From Candidatus Nealsonbacteria bacterium (GTDB taxonomy: Bacteria > Patescibacteriota > Minisyncoccia > Minisyncoccales > MHMH01), in assembly GCA_016181965.1 (NCBI GenBank), contig JACOYH010000003.1:129013-193012 (forward strand): a DNA stretch of 64,000 bases, written 5' to 3'. Below the pieces are notes generated by a model. It saw only the letters and a list, made by a program, of their open reading frames with translations. It searched no databases and was not told the origin of the DNA. The first letter of the stretch is position 1, and each line of letters begins with the position of its first letter. Below, in pieces: positions 36,194-45,158 of this stretch. The position numbers and the translations under genes were made by a program.

Positions 36194-39095
36194 GTTGGAA
36201 AAATTAAACAGCGAGCAGAAAATAGCGGTAACTCATGGCGAGGGGCCGCTTTTAATTGTGGCCGGCGCCGGCACGGGAAAAACGGCGGTCATCACGCAGC
36301 GAATCGCCCATCTAATAGAGCAAAGCAAGGCAAAGCCAGAGGAAATTTTGGCTTTAACTTTTACCGAAAAAGCGGCCGGAGAAATGGAAGAGAGGGTTGA
36401 TGCCCTTTTGCCCATTGGCTATATCGACCTTTGGATTTCCACCTTTCATGCTTTTTGCGAAAGAATCTTACGCGACTATGCCCTGGAAATCGGCCTGCCC
36501 TCCGACTTCAAAATAATCGACCAGACCGCCGCTTGGCTGCTGGTTTATAAAAATTTCGACCGTCTCGACCTTAAATATTACAAGCCGCTGGGCAATCCAA
36601 GCAAGTTTATTCATGCGCTGCTTTCCCATTTTTCCCATTGCAAAGACCAAGAAATATATCCGGAAAATTATTTGAAGTACGCGGAAATGCTCAAAACGCG
36701 CGACGACGCTCCGGAATCGCAGGAAATCGAGCGAATAAAAGAAGTCGCAATTGCCTATCATGTATATCAACGCTTGCTTTTGGAAAATAGCGAACTTGAT
36801 TTTGGCGACCTGATAAACTATTGCCTTAAAGTTTTCCAGGAGAGGCCGCTTATTCTAAAAAAATATCGGGAGAAGTTCAAATATGTTTTAGTTGATGAAT
36901 TTCAAGACACTAACTGGGCGCAATATGAGCTTATCAAAAAAATAGCCGCCCCCAAAAATAATTTAACCGTTTGCGCCGACGATGATCAGGCAATTTATCG
37001 CTGGCGAGGCGCGTCATTCTCCAATATCGTCCAGTTTAAGAATGATTTTCCGGCAGCCCGTGAAATATCTTTAATAAAAAACTATCGTTCCTGTCAAGAT
37101 ATCTTAGATCTTTCCTATAATTTCATTAAAGGCAACGATCCAGATCGGTTGGAGTGCATCAGCCAGATAAGCAAAAAACTGCAGGCGGCGGCCGAATTTG
37201 CCAAAGCCGAGATTGAACATATCCACGCCAAGACCCTTGAGGAAGAAATTAATTTGGTTGTCAGGAAAATTCTTGAACTGCTCAAAAAAGATAAAAAAGC
37301 GAGCTTGGGTGACTTTTGCATTCTTGTCAGAGCAAACAATTCCGCCAATCCTTTTACAAAAGCCCTTGAGCGCGCCGGCCTGCCTTACCAGTTTTTGGCT
37401 TCAAGGGGCCTCTATGCAAAACATAGCGTGCTGGATGTTATCTCATATCTTAAGCTTTTGGATAATTACCATGAAAGCTCGGCCCTTTTCAGAATTTTCA
37501 GTTTGCCGTTTTTAGGCATTTCCCCGGAAGACGTAATGCTGCTTACGCATTATGCTTCCAAGAAAACCAAATCGCTTTTTGAGTCAGCTAAAGATCTCGC
37601 CTTAATCCCGGGCGTATCGCAAAACGGCCGGGAAAAAATTAATTTTATTCTGGGCTTAATCCAAAAGCATGCGGCAATGTCCAGGCAAAAGCCGGTCTCT
37701 GAAATCATGGTGCAATTTCTTGACGACTCGGGGTATCTCAAGCATCTAGTCAGGGGAGGCGAAGAGGAGCAGCTGGATTTACTAAACCAATTTTTCAGAA
37801 AAGTAAAGGCGTTTGAGAACTCGTCGCCCGAGACAACGCTCAATATCTTTATGCAGGAAATAAAACTTGAATTAGAATCGGGCGAAGAAGGCAAAATTAA
37901 TGTTGATCCTGAACAAGGTCCCGATGTTATCAAGGTGATGACAGTTCACGGCGCCAAGGGGTTGGAGTTTAAGTATGTATTTTTAGTGAATATGGTGGAC
38001 AAACGCTTTCCGTCGATTGAAAGAAGCGATCCCATCGAACTCCCCGATGAGCTTATTAAAGACATAAGGCCCGGCGGCGATGTCCATCTGCAGGAAGAAA
38101 GAAGAATATGCTATGTGGCTATGACCCGCGCCAAGAACGGGCTTTACCTGACTTCGGCGCAGGATTATGGCGGCAGCCGCAGTAAAAAACTCTCGCGTTT
38201 TTTGATTGAAATGGGCTACAGAGATAAATTACAGGCCACAAACAGCAAAACCAAAAATGAAATGCTTGAGCCAAAATATAAAATAAAGAATAAGCCACAC
38301 GCAACAAAATACCTGCCCGGCCATTTCTCGTATTCCCAATTAGCCGCTTTTGAAAAATGCCCCCTGCAATACAAGTTTAATTTTGTTTTAAAGGTGCCGG
38401 TGCGCGGCAGGGGCGCATTTTCCTTCGGCAAGACCATTCATAATACTTTTTATCGGTTTCTCGCGCGGGCAAATGAAATAGACGAAAAAAAGCAAGGCGA
38501 TTTGTTTGGAATGGCGCCGGCTCAATCAGCCGCTGGTTTTGAGGCATTAAACCAAATTTATGAAAATAATTGGATAGACGAGTGGTATGAGAACAAGAAA
38601 CAAAAAGAGGACTACCGCAAGTTGGGCAAGAAAATAATAAAAGAATTTTATGCTGATTTTATAGAAGCCCCGCCCAAGATCCTAAAAATAGATGGCGTAC
38701 CCGCTTTAGAGGCGCCTTTCAATCTTAAGGTTGAGGGACATACGGTCAAGGGCAAGATTGACCGCATCGATGAAACAGCCGATGGAGTGCTTTTGATTGA
38801 TTATAAAACTGGCAGCGCTAGGGATAAAATTTCTGCCGAAGAAAAAGAGCAGCTTTTGATATATCAATTGGCGGCCGAAGATGTTTTCGGCCTTCGTCCC
38901 ACCGGACTTGTCTATCACTATTTGGAGGAGAATAAAAAAATTGCCTTCGTGGGCTCGGAACAAGATAGGGTAAAGATCAAAGAGAAGATTGCAAAAACCA
39001 TAGAAGCCATCAAGGCGAGCGATTTTGCTCCAACGCCCGGCTGGCAGTGCTCGTTTTGCGACTTCAAAGATATTTGCGAATATTCAAAAGATTGA
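36183..39095 (+). CDS. UvrD/PcrA-type helicase fused to a C-terminal PD-(D/E)XK nuclease with Cys cluster (AddA/AddB/Cas4-like)
   Basis: AGAGTGKT, VDEFQDTN, TVHGAKGLEF. C-terminus: CPLQYKF ... IDRID..LIDYKTG ... CSFCDFKDIC. Confidence 0.9.
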   Translation: MAIELEKLNSEQKIAVTHGEGPLLIVAGAGTGKTAVITQRIAHLIEQSKAKPEEILALTFTEKAAGEMEERVDALLPIGYIDLWISTFHAFCERILRDYALEIGLPSDFKIIDQTAAWLLVYKNFDRLDLKYYKPLGNPSKFIHALLSHFSHCKDQEIYPENYLKYAEMLKTRDDAPESQEIERIKEVAIAYHVYQRLLLENSELDFGDLINYCLKVFQERPLILKKYREKFKYVLVDEFQDTNWAQYELIKKIAAPKNNLTVCADDDQAIYRWRGASFSNIVQFKNDFPAAREISLIKNYRSCQDILDLSYNFIKGNDPDRLECISQISKKLQAAAEFAKAEIEHIHAKTLEEEINLVVRKILELLKKDKKASLGDFCILVRANNSANPFTKALERAGLPYQFLASRGLYAKHSVLDVISYLKLLDNYHESSALFRIFSLPFLGISPEDVMLLTHYASKKTKSLFESAKDLALIPGVSQNGREKINFILGLIQKHAAMSRQKPVSEIMVQFLDDSGYLKHLVRGGEEEQLDLLNQFFRKVKAFENSSPETTLNIFMQEIKLELESGEEGKINVDPEQGPDVIKVMTVHGAKGLEFKYVFLVNMVDKRFPSIERSDPIELPDELIKDIRPGGDVHLQEERRICYVAMTRAKNGLYLTSAQDYGGSRSKKLSRFLIEMGYRDKLQATNSKTKNEMLEPKYKIKNKPHATKYLPGHFSYSQLAAFEKCPLQYKFNFVLKVPVRGRGAFSFGKTIHNTFYRFLARANEIDEKKQGDLFGMAPAQSAAGFEALNQIYENNWIDEWYENKKQKEDYRKLGKKIIKEFYADFIEAPPKILKIDGVPALEAPFNLKVEGHTVKGKIDRIDETADGVLLIDYKTGSARDKISAEEKEQLLIYQLAAEDVFGLRPTGLVYHYLEENKKIAFVGSEQDRVKIKEKIAKTIEAIKASDFAPTPGWQCSFCDFKDICEYSKD

Positions 39096-39108
39096 TAAAA
39101 TAAGGCGC

Positions 39109-40230
39109 ATGGAGATACCCGAGCAAAAAATATTTTCCGTTTCCGAATTCATTCAGCTGCTTAACATCGGTCTGAAAAGATCGCGGGCAAGAATTGTCGG
39201 CGAAGTGACGCAAGCGCAAGTGGCTTCTTCGGGCCACGGCTACTTTACTCTCAAAGACGAAAATAACGGCGCCGTTTTAAGCTGTATTATATGGAAATCG
39301 CGCTATAGCATGTACGGCATAAAGCTTGAGGCGGGCATGAAAATAATGGCCCAAGGTTACCCCGAGGTCTACGCCGCTTCCGGCCGGCTCTCTTTTATCG
39401 CTGAGACCATTGAGTTAGCCGGCGAAGGCGAATTAAAAAAACAATATGAAGCGCTAAAAAAGAAGTTGACGGCCGAAGGCCTTTTTGCCCCAGAAAGAAA
39501 AAGACCCATTCCCAAATACTGCCAGAAGATCGGCGTTATCACTTCAAAACACGGAGCGGTTTTAGCCGACTTTTTGAATAATTTGGGAAAGTTCGGATTT
39601 AAAATAAAGATGATAGATGCAAGAGTCGAGGGACAAGAAGCGGTGGAGGATCTGCTGTCTGCCATCAGAACTTTTCGAACCCAAGACATTGATGCGCTGG
39701 TTATCATTCGCGGCGGAGGGTCGTTAGAATCGCTGATGGCCTTTAATAATGAAATGCTGGTGCGGGAGGTGGCTGGTTTTAAGGTGCCGGTTATTGCGGG
39801 CGTGGGCCATCATCAAGACGAGCCGCTGGTTACCTTTGCCGCCGATGCCTCGGTTTCCACGCCCACTGCGGCCGCCAACTACCTCAACCGTTCGTGGCAG
39901 GAGGCCCTGCTATTTTTAGAAAAACAAGAAAGAATTATCTTCGGCTTCTTTGAGGAGATTTTTGAGATTCAGAGGTCAATAGAAAATAAGCTGATGATTT
40001 TTATGCAAAATTTTAAGGCGGCCTTGGCCAATCTTTCGCAAAAATTGTCCTACGCGGAAAAAGTGATAACTCTCAACAATCCCGAAAGACAGCTGGGTTT
40101 GGGATATTCTCTTGCGTATTCCGGTGGAAAAATCGTCAGGAGCGTCAAAGACGTTCTGCCGGGCCGCGAGCTTGAAATTCAGGTTTCTGATGGTAGAATC
40201 AATTCAGAAGTTAAAAAAATAATTAAATAA
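39109..40230 (+). CDS. xseA: exodeoxyribonuclease VII large subunit
   Basis: ORF 39025..40230, ATG at 39109 (MEIPEQKIFSVSEF). OB-fold N-terminus. IGVITSKHGAVLADF, IIRGGGSLESL. Confidence 0.9.
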   Translation: MEIPEQKIFSVSEFIQLLNIGLKRSRARIVGEVTQAQVASSGHGYFTLKDENNGAVLSCIIWKSRYSMYGIKLEAGMKIMAQGYPEVYAASGRLSFIAETIELAGEGELKKQYEALKKKLTAEGLFAPERKRPIPKYCQKIGVITSKHGAVLADFLNNLGKFGFKIKMIDARVEGQEAVEDLLSAIRTFRTQDIDALVIIRGGGSLESLMAFNNEMLVREVAGFKVPVIAGVGHHQDEPLVTFAADASVSTPTAAANYLNRSWQEALLFLEKQERIIFGFFEEIFEIQRSIENKLMIFMQNFKAALANLSQKLSYAEKVITLNNPERQLGLGYSLAYSGGKIVRSVKDVLPGRELEIQVSDGRINSEVKKIIK

Positions 40231-40231
40231 T

Positions 40232-40456
40232 ATGACAGAAACCAAAAATTCGTCGAAGACCCTAAGGGACGATTTGGCTCATCTTTCAAAAATCACCGAT
40301 TGGTTTGAAAACCAGGCGGAAATCGATGTGGAGGAGGGACTGAAAAAAGTTAAAGAGGCCGTTGCGCTGATTAAGGCCAGCAGAAAGCGTTTGAAAGACA
40401 TTGAGAACGAATTTGAAGAAATACAAAAAGAAGTAAACTTAGACGAAGATGAATAA
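40232..40456 (+). CDS. xseB: exodeoxyribonuclease VII small subunit
   Basis: 74-aa helical protein. Position after xseA. Confidence 0.85.
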   Translation: MTETKNSSKTLRDDLAHLSKITDWFENQAEIDVEEGLKKVKEAVALIKASRKRLKDIENEFEEIQKEVNLDEDE

Positions 40457-40931
40457 AATAATTGCGGCAATTATTATAGTTATCATTACAGTTGTTGTCG
40501 GATATTATTTAATGTTTAAGCAAAAGCCCAAAGAACCGGCGGCAGATATCGGCGAAATTAAAATACAAACTAATGCGCAAACTAATATGCAAAGCAATAT
40601 GTCAAGTGAAGACAAAGTAAAAATAGAGGTGTTGGCGGAAGGCAGCGGCGTTGAGTCGGTTGCCGGCAATACCGTTGCGGTTCACTACACGGGTACCCTG
40701 GAAGATGGAACAAAATTTGATTCCAGTTTGGACAGGGGACAGCCCTTTGCTTTTCAATTGGGCGCGGGCACGGTCATTAAGGGTTGGGAGCTTGGCGTTT
40801 TGGGAATGAAAGCGGGGGAAAAGCGGAGGTTAATTATTCCTCCATCGCTTGGCTATGGCCAAACCGGCATCGGGCCGATTCCTGCCAATGCCACGCTCAT
40901 CTTTGAAGTCGAGCTTTTAGAGATTCAGTAA
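40449..40931 (+). CDS. FKBP-type peptidyl-prolyl isomerase, membrane anchored
   Basis: [62 protein letters not shown]. Confidence 0.9.
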   Translation: MNKIIAAIIIVIITVVVGYYLMFKQKPKEPAADIGEIKIQTNAQTNMQSNMSSEDKVKIEVLAEGSGVESVAGNTVAVHYTGTLEDGTKFDSSLDRGQPFAFQLGAGTVIKGWELGVLGMKAGEKRRLIIPPSLGYGQTGIGPIPANATLIFEVELLEIQ

Positions 40932-41659
40932 TGAAAAATATATTTTTGGCATCCATTGCGATTTTAAGTTTGTTTGCTCTATTTTTAGAAGGAGCAATCG
41001 TTTACAGCCATATTTCGAGACCGGCTGAAATTATTGAAAAAAAAGAAGCCGAAAAAGAAGCGGCGGAACAGCCGTTTACTTTACCGGAAACGGTTGATTT
41101 GAATGTGCCCTTCATAGCTCAAGCACCCGGCGGCGACTGGAGCTACCCGTTTGCCTACACTTGCGAGGAAGCGGCGATATTAATGGCGCGCTATTTTTTT
41201 GAGGGAGAAGATTTTGTCGATGTGCCCAAAACAAAGATTGAGCTTCTGGGCTTGGTCAACTTCGAAGATAAAAATTATGGTTTCCACGAAGATACCTCCG
41301 CAGAGCAAACAGCACGATTGATCCGTGATTATTACGGTTACGAGGCCAGGGCTGTTTATGATATTTCTTTGGATGATATTAAGAAGGAACTGGCCTTGGG
41401 CCGGCCCGTGATTATCCCAGCCGCCGGGCGTTTGCTGCAAAACCCAAACTTCAAACCGCCCGGACCAGTTTATCACATCATTCTGCTCAAGGGCTACAAT
41501 GGGGATGGATTTTTAAGCCACGACCCCGGCACTGCCAACGGGGCAAATGTGCTTTACTCTTACGAAATTATAGAAAATGCCATTCACGATTTGGCTGAAG
41601 GTGATATAATGGAAGGCAGAAGGGCAATGGTTTCGTTTGGCGGCGAGAAAAAGAAATAG
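40931..41659 (+). CDS. peptidase C39-like domain protein (secreted/anchored)
   Basis: VPFIAQAP...YTCEEAAILM (Cys) and HIILLKGY...SHDPG (His) pattern. Confidence 0.65.
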   Translation: MKNIFLASIAILSLFALFLEGAIVYSHISRPAEIIEKKEAEKEAAEQPFTLPETVDLNVPFIAQAPGGDWSYPFAYTCEEAAILMARYFFEGEDFVDVPKTKIELLGLVNFEDKNYGFHEDTSAEQTARLIRDYYGYEARAVYDISLDDIKKELALGRPVIIPAAGRLLQNPNFKPPGPVYHIILLKGYNGDGFLSHDPGTANGANVLYSYEIIENAIHDLAEGDIMEGRRAMVSFGGEKKK

Positions 41660-41674
41660 AATTATTAAATAAAA

Positions 41675-41680
41675 TAATAT
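41675..41680 (+). promoter_or_regulatory. -10 TAATAT, 6 nt upstream of ATG 41687
   Basis: TAATAT, aaaaat, then ATG. No TG extension. Confidence 0.3.
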
Positions 41681-41686
41681 AAAAAT

Positions 41687-42082
41687 ATGAAAGGATATAT
41701 AACCAATATCGAAAAGGCAACTAAAGAAAATACTAATTTCAGAAAAGTCCTTTATACGGCACAGCACAGCCAACTGGTGCTGATGAGTTTGAAGCCCGAA
41801 GAAGAAATCGGCGAAGAAGTGCATAAACTGGACCAGTTTATCAGAATTGAAGCCGGCAGGGGAACGGCTATTTTAGACGGTATGGAGCATGCTATAGAAG
41901 ACGGTTCGGCCATTGTTATCCCTGCGGGTACCCGTCACAATGTTATCAATAACGCAGACGGCGAGATGAAGCTGTATACTATTTATTCTCCGCCAGAACA
42001 TAGGGATCAAGTTGTCCACGTCGCGAAAGAAGACGCTTTAGCCGACGAAAGCGACCACTTCGACGGAAAAACTACCGAATAA
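41687..42082 (+). CDS. cupin domain protein
   Basis: 131 aa. EEVHKLDQFIRIEAGRGTAILDG...IVIPAGTRHNVIN. Confidence 0.75.
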   Translation: MKGYITNIEKATKENTNFRKVLYTAQHSQLVLMSLKPEEEIGEEVHKLDQFIRIEAGRGTAILDGMEHAIEDGSAIVIPAGTRHNVINNADGEMKLYTIYSPPEHRDQVVHVAKEDALADESDHFDGKTTE

Positions 42083-42105
42083 ATACACCGGTGCCACCGG
42101 TGTAT
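42083..42105. repeat. REP-like palindrome, variant copy
   Basis: ATACACCGGTG-C-CACCGGTGTAT directly after the cupin stop, followed by the partial repeat TTCGGTGTATTTTT. Confidence 0.85.
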
Positions 42106-42193
42106 TTCGGTGTATTTTTACCCGTACGCTTGACATTCAGATTAAATATGCTACCCACCATAGTGGTACTCTATACACAAAAAGGAGGAACGA

Positions 42194-42526
42194 ATGTTCC
42201 GGACCATGCCACCGCACGCGGCTGTTTTATCCCATGGAAAAATCGCGAACAGGGGGCTAGTGCTTGACAAAAGCGCGATCTATTCAATCCCGCCGGGAAC
42301 GACTCATATAGGCGTGAAAGCGGGCATTTTGCGCTTTCTTTACCCCCAGAACGAAAAACTGCGATTGCCCGCCAAGTTTTATAGAAGCAGGAGTTGCTGG
42401 AAGTATTGGCCTATTCCCATGGATGTCCGAGTGGTCGCTTTTCCGGCTATGGCATATATTAGTCATCAAGACACATACGCGTACGGCCCGACCGGCTGGG
42501 TTTACGGCAAACCGCGGTTTGCTTGA
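42194..42526 (+). CDS. hypothetical protein (GC-richer orphan)
   Basis: 110 aa. AAAGGAGGA SD 4 nt before the ATG. Own terminator. No motif. Confidence 0.4.
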   Translation: MFRTMPPHAAVLSHGKIANRGLVLDKSAIYSIPPGTTHIGVKAGILRFLYPQNEKLRLPAKFYRSRSCWKYWPIPMDVRVVAFPAMAYISHQDTYAYGPTGWVYGKPRFA

Positions 42527-42535
42527 ACAGACGAA

Positions 42536-42570
42536 AGCAGGCAACAAAGTTGCCTGCTTTTATTTTTATT
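42536..42570 (+). terminator. intrinsic terminator
   Basis: AGCAGGCAAC-aaa-GTTGCCTGCT followed by TTTATTTTTATT. Confidence 0.75.
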
Positions 42571-42571
42571 A

Positions 42572-42601
42572 TTGACTTTCGGCTCTTTCTGTTCATATAA
42601 T
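42572..42601 (+). promoter_or_regulatory. promoter TTGACT-18-TATAAT for ftsZ
   Basis: TTGACT 42572-42577, TATAAT 42596-42601. ATG is 17 nt downstream. Confidence 0.55.
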
Positions 42602-42618
42602 CAAGGAAAGCAGAACTC

Positions 42619-44001
42619 ATGGCTAAAAAGAAAAAGAAGAAAGCTAAAAACAAGAAAATCAGAAAGGCAAAAAAAGCTAAACCGGTTTTGAAAAAAAAGA
42701 AACCGGATGTTTTGGTGTCTCAAGAGACCGTTCACCGCACCAGAATGAGAATTATTGGCATTGGCGGCGGAGGCAGTTCGATTGTTTCAGAAATCGCTCC
42801 ATTGATTAATAGGGTTGATTTTGTAACTGCCAACACCGATATTCAGGCCCTTAAAGAAGCCGCCCGCCAGGCGCGTAAATTTCATTTCGGAGAAAATATC
42901 ACCGATGGCTTGGGATGCGGCATGGATCCTCGCCTTGGACAGAAAGCAGCCAAAGATGAGAGGAGTAAAATAATCAAACTTTTTCAAGGTATTGACTTGG
43001 CTGTGATTGTGTCTTCTCTTGGCGGAGGCACTGGATCCGGGGCGGCTCCGGAGTTTGCCAGAATTGCCAGAGAAATGGGGGTGCTAACTATTGGAATTTT
43101 TACGCTTCCTTTTAAGTTTGAGGGCTCGAAACGCAGCCAGATCGCCCGAAGCAGTTTAGAGCGCCTTACGCCAAACCTTAACGTGGTTTCAATAATTTTA
43201 AACGAAAATATTTTCAAAATAATAGATAAAAATACCCCCCTGAAAGAAGCGTTTTCCTCAATCAATAAGCGACTGGCCGAAAATTTGCGGGGCCTGATTG
43301 AAATGGTTTATTTGCCCGGATTAATCAATATTGATTTTGCCGACCTCAAGACCGTTTTGGACGGCAAGGGAAAGCTGGCTTACCTGAACACCGCTTTGGC
43401 TTCGGGACCCAATCGCGCCGAAGAAGCAGTCAAAGAACTCCTGAAAAGCCCCCTTAACGAATACGGCATTCAAGGCGCTGAAAAGATTGTTTTTAATATT
43501 ACAGCCCCCCGACTCTTGGGAATGCAGGAGGTTGAACACATCAGCCGAAATATTTCTGATTTTAATCGTAGGGCCAAGATAATTTTCGGCGTTTCGCAAG
43601 ATAACGGCTACAAAGACCGGCTTCGGGTGACTTTGCTGGCCGTGGGAGTGGGCAAGGAACCGGCTAAAAAGAAGCCGAAGCCCAAGCAAGCTCCGGAAAT
43701 CAAACCGGAAGAAATTCCCGCGCCAAAAATCAAAAAAGAAATTCCAAAACCGAAAATGACCAAAAAAAAAGCAAAAATAAAAATAAAGACAAAACAGAAT
43801 CCAAGGCCCAAACAGAAAAAGCTTAAATTACTGGCAAAGCCGGAAACCAAAGAAATGCTCGATGGCGCAGCGCCGAAGCCACTTTTACGGAAAAACGCCT
43901 TAGAGTTGAGAAAAGAAGCGGAAAAAACAGAGGAGGACTTGCTGACTCAAGAAAAAAAGTGGGATATGCCTGCTTTTTTCAGGAAAAAGGAAGGCGAATA
44001 A
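42619..44001 (+). CDS. ftsZ: cell division protein FtsZ with Lys-rich N-terminal extension and Lys/Pro-rich linker
   Basis: IIGIGGGGSSIV, GGGTGSGAAPEFARIA. C-terminal peptide DMPAFFRKK. N-terminus MAKKKKKKAKNKKIRKAKKAKPVLKKKKP. Confidence 0.95.
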   Translation: MAKKKKKKAKNKKIRKAKKAKPVLKKKKPDVLVSQETVHRTRMRIIGIGGGGSSIVSEIAPLINRVDFVTANTDIQALKEAARQARKFHFGENITDGLGCGMDPRLGQKAAKDERSKIIKLFQGIDLAVIVSSLGGGTGSGAAPEFARIAREMGVLTIGIFTLPFKFEGSKRSQIARSSLERLTPNLNVVSIILNENIFKIIDKNTPLKEAFSSINKRLAENLRGLIEMVYLPGLINIDFADLKTVLDGKGKLAYLNTALASGPNRAEEAVKELLKSPLNEYGIQGAEKIVFNITAPRLLGMQEVEHISRNISDFNRRAKIIFGVSQDNGYKDRLRVTLLAVGVGKEPAKKKPKPKQAPEIKPEEIPAPKIKKEIPKPKMTKKKAKIKIKTKQNPRPKQKKLKLLAKPETKEMLDGAAPKPLLRKNALELRKEAEKTEEDLLTQEKKWDMPAFFRKKEGE

Positions 44002-44024
44002 CTCAAGAAAAATACTTCAAAAAA

Positions 44025-44046
44025 ATACCCCGAAAGGCCGGGGTAT
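44025..44046. terminator. bidirectional terminator between ftsZ and the DAHP synthase gene
   Basis: AAAAATACCCCG-aaaggc-CGGGGTATTTTA. Confidence 0.7.
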
Positions 44047-44056
44047 TTTACTTTAT

Positions 44057-45070
44057 TTAGATTTCTCTGCCAATCGCGGCAGTTAATCTTTTTAGGTCTG
44101 CCATGAGTTCGGTAAAGCCGGAAAAAGTTAATGACTGCGGGCCGTCTTTCAGGGCCTCCATCGGATTTGGATGCACCTCTATGAGTAAGCCATCGGCAAT
44201 CACTGCGGCGGCTCGCGCCATGTCGGGAACATAACGCCGATCTCCAGCCGCGTGACTCGGATCCACTATGACCGGCAGGTGGCTGAATCTTTTTATAACC
44301 GGCACGGCGCTGATATCAAGAGTGTACCGCGTGGACGGTTCAAATGTTTTGATGCCTCTTTCGCAGAGAATAAGATTCGGATTGTTTCTTCGCAGAATGT
44401 AGTCGGCCGCTTGGAGCCATTCGGTAATTGACATTCCAAAACCGCGCTTTAAGAGGATGGGTTTTCCGGCTTGACCAACCTCTTCCAATAAGTCGTAGTT
44501 TTGGCAATTCCGAGCGCCGATCTGAAGAATGTCGGCGCACTCTGAAACCAATTCCACATCCCGCGGGCTGAGCACTTCAGTGACGATTTTGAGGCCGGTT
44601 TCTTCTTTAGCCGCGGCAAGTATTCGCAAGCCGTCCTCACCCATTCCTTGGAATTTGAAAGGCGACGTGCTGGGCTTGTAAGCGCCGCCCCGCAGAATCT
44701 TGGCGCCCAATTTTTTGACCAGTCGCGCCGTAAGGAGAACTTGTTCTTCCGACTCGACGGCGCAAGGCCCGGCGATAATTATAACCGCCTGGCCGCCGAT
44801 TTCCACATCGCCAATTTTAACTACCGTTTTGTCTTGCTGAAAGTCGCGCGAGGCGAGTTTATGCGGCTGCATTATGCGGAATACCCGCTCCACTTCGGGA
44901 AGGGCTTCAAAAATCTCGGTGGCAATGCTGCCCGTATCTCTGCCCAAGACGGCGATAACCACTTTTTCTTGGCCGGCATTGATTTGGGCTTCGCACTCCA
45001 GACCTCTGATTTTGCCAATGACGCGGCGAATGCTGTCCTGTGACGCAGCTGTCTGCATCTCGATGATCAT
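44057..45070 (-). CDS. 3-deoxy-7-phosphoheptulonate (DAHP) synthase, type I-beta with N-terminal regulatory domain
   Basis: 337 aa. N-terminal ~70-aa ferredoxin-like domain, then IIAGPCAVESEEQ...LRGGAYKPSTSPFKFQG...PVIVDPSHA, like the Thermotoga-type enzyme. Confidence 0.8.
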   Translation of the reverse strand: MIIEMQTAASQDSIRRVIGKIRGLECEAQINAGQEKVVIAVLGRDTGSIATEIFEALPEVERVFRIMQPHKLASRDFQQDKTVVKIGDVEIGGQAVIIIAGPCAVESEEQVLLTARLVKKLGAKILRGGAYKPSTSPFKFQGMGEDGLRILAAAKEETGLKIVTEVLSPRDVELVSECADILQIGARNCQNYDLLEEVGQAGKPILLKRGFGMSITEWLQAADYILRRNNPNLILCERGIKTFEPSTRYTLDISAVPVIKRFSHLPVIVDPSHAAGDRRYVPDMARAAAVIADGLLIEVHPNPMEALKDGPQSLTFSGFTELMADLKRLTAAIGREI

Positions 45071-45141
45071 TGCGGCATTTCCCCCCTTTTTTGTAAAAAG
45101 CTATGCTGGATTATAGCCCTATTATACATTTTTTGTCAATG

Positions 45142-45150
45142 TGATATTAT
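45142..45150 (+). promoter_or_regulatory. extended -10 TGaTATTAT, 8 nt upstream of galU ATG
   Basis: TGA 45142-45144, TATTAT 45145-45150, gaaatcgt, then ATG 45159. Confidence 0.4.
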
Positions 45151-45158
45151 GAAATCGT

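Noticed and set aside
42284-42653. The minus-strand ORFs 42284..42547 and 42459..42653 as alternatives to the 42194..42526 orphan and the ftsZ leader.
   Set aside because: The plus-strand ORF has a strong SD (AAAGGAGGA) at correct spacing and a downstream terminator. The minus ORFs span the terminator and promoter and have no start signals. Even so, the plus-strand orphan itself is only moderate confidence.
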